From the NCBI GenBank assembly GCA_000004985.1, contig GG738869.1: a DNA stretch of 64,000 nucleotides. The stretch is one strand, 5' to 3'. The notes beneath the pieces are model-generated. The model did not search any database. It was given only the letters and a program-made list of their open reading frames with translations, and was not told the origin of the DNA. This DNA comes from Naegleria gruberi. Taxonomy: Eukaryota. How positions within the stretch are numbered: the first letter of the stretch is position 1; each line of letters begins with the position of its first letter. Positions 10,901 to 20,741 of the stretch are shown here, one piece after another. The translations under genes were made by a program, and so were the position numbers.

Positions 10901-13900
10901 CTTTGTGCCATTCAAAATACAAGTTGGGTTGCTTCCAAGCATAGAAATATCAATAATCACATTACCACAAGCAACTTGTTGATTGAAAGTTGAGAAAATT
11001 GTACCATAAATAATATGTCCCTTAGAATTAAATCCAAAGGAATTGGAGTCAATACCATAATTGCAATCATTTCCATACCATCCCTCCTCACAAGAGTTAC
11101 AGCTGTCACCGATTGTGTGAGGATTACAAGAGCAAGTTCCCTCATCATTACAAGTACCCCTATTACTACATGTTTTGCTTGCAAGACATTCTATATTACA
11201 GTCAGCACCAACAAATCCTTCCTTACAACGGTCACAATTGGATCCTGTCCAGTTACCGAAACATTCACACTCAGCCTCAATATTACAAGCACCGTGTGAG
11301 TTACATGTTACGTTATCATAACAAACACTGTGATTACAATGGGTACCAGCGAATTCTGGAAGACACCTTTCACAATATTGTTGAGGATCATAATTTCCTT
11401 TACATGTACATTCTTCAAAATTAACACATTTTCCTCTTCCACCACAAACACTTGGTCTTGAAGAATTAACATTATTGCAAGAAGTAAACTCGCAATTCAA
11501 ACCAGAATAACCATTAGTACAATTACATTCTGGCATTAAGCTCAAACCAACATCACAAGTACCACGAGAAGAACAAACAGCCTTATTAGTGGACAATAAC
11601 CCATTACAAATAGGAATATCACAATTTGAGCCATTGAAACCTGCTTTACATCTCGAGCATGAAACTCCTTCAAAGTTACCATCACAAACACAAACATGAC
11701 CAACACAAGATCCATGATGGGTGCAACCTCCCTCCTCTTCAGATTTACCATTACAAGTAATAACAGAACAATCCTCTCCTTTGAAACCACTATTACATCT
11801 ACAAGAATTAGCAGCTATACAAACTCCCTGTCCAGAGCATGACTCAGTTTGATTATAACTTCCAAAGCAAATGGGGAAGTCGCAATTATCTCCATAATAT
11901 CCATCGAAACAAGAACAATTATTCTCTGCAATACACAACCCATTAGATGAACAAACATGACGACTTGTGTCAGCATAACCATAACAGTGAGTAGCATTGA
12001 CATTATCTATTTCTGTCTCATTGAAACTTGTGGAATTTTTCAAATCTGTAGAGTTCACAACACTGGTAGCATTATCTGTTGTTGTAGTGTTTGTAAGTGT
12101 ACTGTTATCAGTGTTTGTATTATTCAAAGTGTCTGTACTATTCAAATTTTCTGTACTGTTTAAAGTGTCTGTAGAATTTTGGAAGATTTGAGTAGTATTA
12201 TCAGTAACTGTAGAATTTGAGAGAGTTGAATTGGTTGTTGACGTGTTTGAAGATTCTTGTGGAACAACTTCAAAAAGGCAATCTTCTGTTGGAAGAGTTT
12301 CCCAATATTCAGCCACAAAGGAAGAAAGTAAGGTAAATGGTTGAGAAGAACCTGTGATACCACTATTCAACACTTGAACACTCAGCATGATATTGCTTTC
12401 AGGATCTTGAACATTTTGAATTGATTGCACTGTTACTCTCTCTACATTATTCTTTGTATCAATAGAGGAGCCACCATTTCCGTATAATACACGTGAAGAT
12501 GAGTATTCTGAGGTTTCACTATTCAAATTGTATACATTTACAATCAAATCCAAGTTATTGATAATGTTTGGCAATACTGAAGTACTTGAAGAATAGTCAT
12601 ACCAAGTAAGGGTTGATCTGAATGTTGATGATTCAGTTACGTTCTTCTTCAATCTATAGCACGATCTTAATGTTTGGTTTGACTTGGTAAATGATTCTTG
12701 AGAAATAGATAGTGTTACATTTCTTCCTTTTTCATCACTAAAAAGACTTCCGAGTTGAATTTTTCCAAATCCTTCATAAAAGTTTGGTGTTCCAAAGGCT
12801 TCACTAATACTGAATCTTTGGAATTCATCGTCTGAATAAGCAACACTACCATTCAGAGGAACTGAGCTATGAATCATTGCAGCCTTAATTAAATGTCCAC
12901 TTGGAGCTGAAATTCCAAGCTTCTTGATAAAATATTCTCTCAATAATAGAGCACCTCCAGCCTTTTCCACACAAAGAGTATCATATTTATCAAATTTGCA
13001 TTAATTCAATATCATTTCAACAGCAAACAATATTGTAATTAACAATGTAATTAATAATAATAATAATAGATAATAATGATAATAACGTACGGATATCGGT
13101 GTTGCCATTGATGTGCCACTTTTTGTTATAAGGGCAGCATTGTTTGAAATGGATGGGGAACCAGCACCACATTGAGATGTTGAAATAGAACCGTCTGAGC
13201 GAGCTGAAACAATCTTGAATCCAGGTGCAACAACTATGGGACCAGTAATATTTATCCAAAATCAAACCCAAAAAAAACTTACAATCTGGTTTAATTCTTC
13301 CTCCAATAGCTGGACCTCTGGAAGAAAATGCAGCAAGGTTATTTTCATTATAAATATTTGTATATTGCAAATAAGAGCTAACATAACTATTTGCTGATGG
13401 TTCGTAGGTGGCACTGTCCACAAAACCAGCGTTTGAATTTCCATGAGCTCCAACAGAAATACCATTTTTACAAGTGGAAGGGGCTGTTAAATGTAAACAT
13501 TAAACTACTAGTTCAGTTGAATACTTACTACCAAGGTTTCCAAATCTGGATAATTGCCCATCATTTCCTTGGGCAATCAAAACTGTTGCATCTTGATGGC
13601 TCCAAATAAATTGATCAAACTTTTGGGCATAATCATCATAGGTATTACAAACATCACAACAAGTGTCAACTCCAAACAGGGTTTTACAATCATCGTTTGT
13701 AACAGAATCACCAGCACTAAAAGGAGCTTTATCTGCAGTTAGTGTGCATCCAGTACAGTCATAAGAGCAATCCACATATCCACCAATAGAACATCCCCAA
13801 CTGTTCGAAAATACTTTTGGTGTTGCGCTGCTTGTGTATGGAGTGCTTAATAGGTCAGTAATATCATTAGGGAAATATAATCCACTTCCATCTGCTGGTG

Positions 13901-15378
13901 CCAAGTCCGTAAAATATAATTTGGCACTTGGTGCAACACCATGAAAGGCATTTACGCCAGTTCCAAGGTTTGTGGCTTCCATAGAGCCGACAACACTACC
14001 AGCTGCATTGAAAACAAGTAAGAATGTTAATAATACAAATAAAACTTACCAACATGAGTTCCGTGTCCAGCAGTAACATCAGTAGCATCACCAGAATAAG
14101 CGGTTCTAATCCTAACTACCTTTCTTCTATTCAAATTAAGGGAGGTTGGAGCCCCTGAATGATTGTTATCAGTAAAAAAACAATGATCATAGTCAAGCCC
14201 AGTGTCAGCAACGGCTACAATCTGATCAGCTCCATAAATACCCATATTGTAAAATGGAGTTTCGTGAGGAAGAGATGGATGAGCAGATTGAACAATCTCG
14301 AGGGAATGTTTGTTAGAAATACTAAGGGACAACTTTCTTTGAACAAAGTGAATATTAGGATGAGAAGTGAGAATATATCCAACATAGGAAGCAATGAATG
14401 GTGAAAATGCAATTTCACACACATTTTCAGAAACAAGGATCATTGGCGCAAAATCAACATCTTTCACATACTTTTTAGAAAGTATTGTATTGATTTCATT
14501 CACCAATTTCTCAGTTTCTTGTTGTTGAGTTCCCAATGTGATAGATTGAACAGATGGAATGACTGAAATAACAAATCTAATCAGGTTTGATTGCTCGAAT
14601 GTTTGAGAAATTCTTGTCGAATTACTGACATTTCTCAACGATCTTTTTGGAGGGGTTCTTTTTCTTTCAAAAGCCAAAGACTGCAATTTTTGGAAATCAA
14701 AAGTTGATTTAAATCTAGATTCATACTCTCCAATCCACTCAATTTCATTATTATTGACAATTTCTGTAACATGACTTGCTGTAGTAACAACAGAGTAAAT
14801 GTTAGCAGACAAGACGTTATTTTCTCTTATGAACGTATTTTCAATAGATGATCCATCTTTGATTTTTACAATAAATTGATAATTTGGTTCCTCCAAAACA
14901 TCCCTTCCATCAATTCTTCTCTTCACTTTTCTAGAAAGATGTCTTAAACGTGAAGGGTTATTTAACAGATTTCTATCATTGGTTAGTTCATATCCATTCT
15001 TATCAATAGAAATACTTCTAAGATTATTTTGATTTTTCAAAGCTAGAAAGGCTACTGATGGAATAGTATCTTTTGAGTAAAGTTTTTCCCAATCTTGTTT
15101 GCTTACTGATTCAAGCTTACTGGAAATACTAAGAATGTGATGATTTTAATAAAATCGGAATAAAGAGATTAAAAATCAATACGCTCATATTCTACATACT
15201 CTTTGCAATATACTCCAATGTTGAAAAGAATAATTGCCATCAAACATAAACCAATCAATGATGTTCTTAAACACCATCTCCTCTTATAGAATGGTGCAAC
15301 ACCATCATTAACAACAACAACACTATGCATCATATTTTTCCAAGCCTTACACTTAAACTTCTCCAATACTACCCTCAC
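7955..15378 (-). CDS. Giant type-I membrane subtilisin-like serine protease with EGF-like repeats (~2,360 aa, 6 exons)
   Basis: Exons (minus strand): 15378-15200, 15128-14050, 14002-13529, 13483-13283, 13233-13091 and 12961-7955. Introns are 71, 47, 45, 49 and 129 nt with GTATGT, GTAAGT or GTACGT donors. There is an N-terminal signal anchor (LIGLCLMAIILFNIGVY). The subtilase catalytic motifs are spread across exons: VAVADTGLD (Asp), HGTHVAG spliced across a 47-nt intron (His), GVAPSAKL, AAFSSRGP and GTSMATPIS/AGGALLL spliced across a 129-nt intron (Ser). Downstream are S/T/N-rich tandem hexapeptide repeats, then at least 10 tenascin-like EGF repeats (CxCxxGYxGxxCD), then S/T-rich Ig/PKD-like regions, then one C-terminal TM helix (IIAGSIIGAVILISIISITLLFCIL) with a basic tail. 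Confidence 0.8.
12050..12260 (-). repeat. In-frame 18-nt coding minisatellite (NSTDTL-type hexapeptide repeats) inside the subtilase-EGF gene
   Basis: The plus strand shows reiterated units such as ttcaaagtgtctgtacta, ttcaaattttctgtactg and tttaaagtgtctgtagaa. They encode ...NSTDTLNSTENLNSTDTLNNTNTDNSTLTNTTTTDN.... Confidence 0.6.
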
Positions 15379-15909
15379 AAACGTTGTTGTTCTTTTGTAT
15401 TTTCTTTGTGATTAAAATATTATTTCATTTTTCCCCAGTGCTTCTACCTTACTACACTATTATTGACGCACACAAGCTTAGAAGCTGTCGAACACAACGT
15501 TCATAATACAGCTTCATTTGGGCACATAAAGAGTAAGTTTGCAGCAACGGTAGAAGGGCATGTTTGGTGAAACTTTACCCAAACATGTAAAGTTCAAACT
15601 TCTTAATACTGGCTATCATGAACAATGCACAAAGCTTCTATTTGCTAGAAAGAATACTCATCCTCTCTAGAACGCCAACCGGAAGCAATTATTCTTTGCA
15701 CTCTTTCAAATTGTATAAATGTTTATCATTCCCAAGCTTGGCTTGTCAGATGAAAGTTCCAAAGTTGTATCATTAGAAAACAAATTTTAAATAATATTTA
15801 AATGAATATTTAAATAATAATATTTTCATGATTTAAATTATTAATTTCATGTCAATCTCCTCACCTATGGTATGATGGATAATTTGTTTTAAAATTCATT
15901 TAAATAAAA

Positions 15910-17912
15910 ATGCTTCCATCCACGTCAAATGGCAACCCATCATCATCGGGTGATGAAGCAAATCAACAAGGAAAATTAAAGAAACCTGTAAAATCAGTCA
16001 TTCCAAAACTTCAAAATTGTACAGTTAATTTATCATTATTTAGAAAAGTAGCTGCCGATGAATTGAGAGAAATGATAGATTCGGTGGTAAGTCTTCTTAT
16101 TTCATCAAGACTTTGATCATCATCAATTATTAATTTAATTTTACACTATATAATCATGATACAATCAAATGTAAATAATAGCAAACTGCAAATCCTCATA
16201 AGGCCTTTGTTTTTGATCCGGAATTGATTGGACCACTTTCATTAATTGTTCCGTATAGTTTTTTCATTGCTAAAGGAACAGGTGCTACTGAACCAGAGAT
16301 TGGATTAATCAAACAAGACAAGATCAATTTTAAAACTAATGTTGGAAGTGTATTTTATGTGACAAGACCTAGAATTGATTTAATCAAGATTATGGCATCA
16401 CAAATTAATCATATTGTTTCACAACCATCACCACCAAATATTTACATTGTATTTGTGCCAAGAAGAACTTTGATTTGTGAAGTTTTATTGGAAAAGATGA
16501 ACATTTTACAACACATTCAAAAACCTTTATTAGAATTTTCTCTTGATTTTATTCCATTTGATAATGATCTTCTTTCTATGGAATTACCATATGCATTCCG
16601 TGAATTTGAAGTTGATGGTGATTATTCAGCTCTTTACAGTGTTGCAAGATCTATAATGAAGTTACAATCTGTGTATGGCATAATTCCAAATATCAAATAT
16701 GTGGGAAAGAGTGCTAAAATGGCCTTTGAAATTTTGCAAGAAATGACTCACAAATCTGAAACTAATCTAAATCAAATCAATCCAAGTATTGGAAATTTAA
16801 TATTCTTTGATAGAAAAGTTGATTTGGTGAGTCCTCTCGTAACACCATTGACCTATGAAGGTCTTTTTGATCTGTTTTATAGAATTCAAAATAACTTGGC
16901 AACTATTCCTTTCTTAGCTCAACCAGTAAAGAAAGAAGAAGGTGAGGAAGAATCACAACAACAGCAGCAACCAGTTAAAAGAGTTCCAACAAGATTGCCA
17001 CTCAATGATGATGACGAAGTTTTCAAACAAGTTCGTCACATGAACTTCCTTGGTGTTGGTGCTAAATTGGGTTCAATCACTGAAGAAATTGATAGGATCT
17101 ATGAAAAGAGAAAAACACTCAATGCTGTAGATGAAATCAAAAGCTACTTTACTCTATTGCCTGAAGTTCAACAAAAGCACAAGGATTTGACTGCACATAT
17201 TACCATTGCTACAGAAATTAAGAAGGAAACCTTAAAGCAAGAATTTAGAAGAAGAATTCGTACAGAACAAGATATTTTGTCAGGTGAAGATCCAAAGGCA
17301 TGTATTGAGTATATAGAATCATGTATCATCAGACAAGACAGTATTACCTCTGTTTTAAGATTGATTTGTTTGTATAGCATTGTGAGAAATGGGTTGAGTC
17401 AATCTGAGTATGATCATTTGAGACAAGAAATTGTACACAGTTATGGACATTTTGCTGTTCTTTCTTTAAAGAATTTGGAAGAAGCAGGTCTGCTCAAAAA
17501 ATCTCAATCTAAAATCAATTGGTCCTCATCTCCTTTTGCCACAATGAAGAAGGGATTGAATTTAGTTGTGCAAGAAATGACAGATGAAACAAACCAAAAG
17601 AATATGGCTTATGTGCACTCGGGCTATGCTCCAATGAGTTGTAGAATTATTCAAGAATCACTTAATAATTCTAAATGGGAATCTTTGAAATCATTATTCA
17701 AAGGAACTGAACATGTAGAATTCATAGGTGAAAGTGTTTCTCCAGGTATGCAAATTTCTAGTCAAGATGTTACTGTAGTATTCTTTTTGGGTGGTTGTAC
17801 GCTTGCTGAAATCAGTGCTCTCAGATCAATTACCAATCATCGTTTCATTGTACTGACAACCAAGATTATTAACTCTGATAATTTCATTTCTTCCATGTTG
17901 GAAAAACTTTAA
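15910..17912 (+). CDS. vps33: Vacuolar protein sorting 33 (Sec1/Munc18 family), 2 exons
   Basis: Exons 15910-16086 and 16203-17912, with a 116-nt GTAAGT...AG intron. The protein is collinear with VPS33A-type motifs: FVPRRTLICE, DFIPFDNDLLSME, HSGYAPMS and VFFLGGCTLAEISALR. Confidence 0.85.
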
Positions 17913-19855
17913 TTTATTGAATCAAAATACACAAGTCTATTATCAAATTCTGAACAAATAATTTTTTGATTTGGTGCATGAGGATGCATAACCCTTACTT
18001 GTGAGATGTTGTTTTTACATGTACCTGTAAACATTTTACAAGAAAGTTTCATCGACCTATGAATATCGGCAGAGTTCTTCCTAATGCTTACATTATCAAC
18101 AGTTTCCCATTCACAAATATTTGGTCTACTCCAATCCAATACAGCTACAGAAGTGCCGTATGGAGCTAACACAAATAATCCATTATCACTCTCTATCACA
18201 TCACCTTTCTGATTGAAAGAACCCAAGCTAAATGATCGTGAGTCTTCATAAAATTTGCTTACTCTCCTAGTTAAAGGATCCAATAAACCAACTCCACCAC
18301 TCGTAGTCAAGAAGTGAATATATCCACTCTTTGTTGTACCAAATGACTTAATGCCCTTTGAAGGAGCACTACTACTTGCAGCAAATTTTTGCTTAGGACC
18401 TCTAAATAATTGAGTTACCTCAGTTATTTGGAGACCTGTTTCAGTTCGGAATTCATTATTAATAGAAGGATGTACAGGTAGTTCAAGATTGATAATTGAT
18501 TTTTCAAGTCTATTGTTCAGCTCTTGAACGCTAGACGAAACATTAATGCTCCTAACTGAGTCGTTCATACTCTTTCTGATATCAAAAATTTTGAGATCCA
18601 TACTATGAAAGGATGATGCATAAATGTAATTTGAATCATTCTTATCAATAGAAATGCAATCAAAAGGATCAGAATAAAACATGGGAGCAGAAGTATTGTG
18701 AATGGTTGTTTTCTTTTTTGCACTCTTTTTAGGAACCAAAACACTAACTCCCTGTGCTGTAGTTTTTGGAATTGAGCTGTTTGCAGTATTAGAAGCAGTA
18801 GTGGTACTGGCAGCACTGCTTGAACTGGTCATTGGCACATTAACTGGAATTTTCTTAGTATTTTTTGTCCTTACATCAATGATATCTAGTTTACCACTCT
18901 TTTTTGATAATATCAAAGTATTCATATCCCTATTTTCAAAATCTAGTACACTATCATTTAGAACAGTACTCTTGATTTTTCCTGTTGTCATGTCAAATAA
19001 GCAAAGAGCTCCTGTGTAGGATGAAAGTGTTGAAACTGAAAGCTCATCTGAAAAGTAAGGGTTAATTCTTACATTTGAAATCCTTGCATCATAGAATGAA
19101 TGCCTGAAATATCGTTCTCTATCTACAAAACTACACATTGTTACATTTCCCTTATGTGTTCCATATACCATTGAATTTCCACAAACATCCATACAAGTAA
19201 CATATTCTGTAGCTTGTGTGTCTGCCATATCTACCAATCTAGCCAATTCTGATGGTTTGTTCTTGAACCAATTTTGAGTTTCCTGTCTTTCGTAAACCTG
19301 TCCCACATGTTTAGACAAGGGAATACCTGTCAATTTACGATAAAAGAGTTGTGATGTTGTTGGAGGTTGTGCTTTTCTAATAGCATGTTGATAAATCTGA
19401 TCATGTGAATAATGTGAATGGTACGGATAAACACAAGTACAACCCACAGGTGTAAAGGCAAGTGAAGCAATTTGAGTACTTTTAGGAGCACTTGAAATCT
19501 TTCTCACCACATTAAAAGTACTAGAGAGTGGTTTAAAGTGATAATCATTGTTTCCTAACATTAAAATATCATCATCTTCATCATCAACTTCTATTGGATC
19601 ATCAATTATTTTCCTCTTGGCTGATGATGGAGATTTTGTTAGAGAGGAATCTAGCGATTTTCGTTTAATGGTTGAAGTTGATGATGTGGATGAAGATGAC
19701 CTATTGTTAGCATTGTTGTTATTGGTTGTGTTGCTCACAGAGTCTCGGCTTGACGATGCTGGATTGTTGATAGTTTTTGCTGTGCCAAAATATGAAGCAA
19801 GTGTTTTTTGTGATTTTTCTTCTTTTCTTTTTTTCACCATTTTTTTTGGCGCCAT
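17909..19855 (-). CDS. WD40-repeat protein with N-terminal PIP box; WDR76/Cmr1-like DNA-damage-associated protein (tentative)
   Basis: Probable start MAPKKMVKKRKEEKSQKTLASYFG (basic NLS plus a canonical QxxLxxYF PCNA-interacting motif). It continues through an S/N/T-rich linker into a WD-like C-terminal half ending ...MHPHAPNQKIICSEFDNRLVYFDSIN. Its stop codon overlaps the vps33 stop within ctTTAAtt. Confidence 0.45.
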   Translation of the reverse strand: MAPKKMVKKRKEEKSQKTLASYFGTAKTINNPASSSRDSVSNTTNNNNANNRSSSSTSSTSTIKRKSLDSSLTKSPSSAKRKIIDDPIEVDDEDDDILMLGNNDYHFKPLSSTFNVVRKISSAPKSTQIASLAFTPVGCTCVYPYHSHYSHDQIYQHAIRKAQPPTTSQLFYRKLTGIPLSKHVGQVYERQETQNWFKNKPSELARLVDMADTQATEYVTCMDVCGNSMVYGTHKGNVTMCSFVDRERYFRHSFYDARISNVRINPYFSDELSVSTLSSYTGALCLFDMTTGKIKSTVLNDSVLDFENRDMNTLILSKKSGKLDIIDVRTKNTKKIPVNVPMTSSSSAASTTTASNTANSSIPKTTAQGVSVLVPKKSAKKKTTIHNTSAPMFYSDPFDCISIDKNDSNYIYASSFHSMDLKIFDIRKSMNDSVRSINVSSSVQELNNRLEKSIINLELPVHPSINNEFRTETGLQITEVTQLFRGPKQKFAASSSAPSKGIKSFGTTKSGYIHFLTTSGGVGLLDPLTRRVSKFYEDSRSFSLGSFNQKGDVIESDNGLFVLAPYGTSVAVLDWSRPNICEWETVDNVSIRKNSADIHRSMKLSCKMFTGTCKNNISQVRVMHPHAPNQKIICSEFDNRLVYFDSIN

Positions 19856-20741
19856 GTTTGTGTAACGGTTACCTTGGAGAAACCAAGCATTATTAAATAA
19901 TAATACCAGGTTCCCAATATGCTTTGAGTAAAAGCCTGCCATCTTTTGAAAGATGGCTTTCGTTATTAATATCATCAAACTTTAGTCAAAATCAAAATAA
20001 TAATTATCAATTCAAACCACCACCAAATAAGATTATTTAGAAGTTTATTCACTACAGTTTTAGTGCATTATTTTACTGTAATGATTGGACACCTTTTTGC
20101 GCCAAAAACTTACCGTTAGACGTTGAGCAGCAACTACTCATGTTCAGTTGAGTCGAGATAGAATACATTGAAAGGTAGTGATATCTTATACAATTTTTCA
20201 AACCCCCTAAGAGAGAAGAGGATGAACATTTTCAAAATATAAGGAATTTCCTACTTTATCTATTGCATAAGAATTTTCTTCATTTTCAGTTTATGATGAT
20301 GACTTGTAGCAACGAGAGCATGCTTCATATCGTTTGACCATTTTGATAGTGTGCAGAGCTGAAGGCGCTTAAACATTGAATGACGTCTTTCGACTTAGTA
20401 TCAGCACAAGCTTTGAAGAAGGAAATTCCTTATATTTTGAAAGCTTTGGCTGTGGTGCTCTCACTTCAAATCTGCTTGTTTGGAAACCAAATCCAAAAAA
20501 ATATCAGAACGCACGCGCACTGGTTGAAACACTCACCTGTTTCCCACCAAATAATCTACGATTAATTTGTTCGTTAAAGTTTACTTGAATTTTTATCGCG
20601 GTGCTCTCATTGTTTGACATCATCGGCATTATAGGCGAATAAAAATCATCAACTCATACAACTTGTATAATCATCAACTTCATCAGGCAACAATATTCCT
20701 CATCATTAATTATTATTTGGAAAAGAATACAATTGTTTTAG

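Noticed and set aside
8022-12363. Numerous 60-100-aa ORFs on both strands inside 7955-12970 (for example 11015-11299, 11113-11424, 11542-11790)
   Set aside because: These are shadow ORFs within or antisense to the 5-kb subtilase-EGF exon. They are Cys-codon or low-complexity artefacts without start context or homology.
15380-15910. Hidden gene or ncRNA in the 530-bp ORF-free spacer upstream of vps33
   Set aside because: It is somewhat GC-richer than other spacers, but no ORF, tRNA-like fold or snRNA motif was recognisable. It is most likely the vps33 promoter and 5' UTR.
20500-20560. U1 snRNA-like 5' motif (cactcacctgtttc)
   Set aside because: It lacks the full ACUUACCUG 5' end, the Sm site and the stem-loops expected for U1. 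It is probably a chance match in a promoter region.
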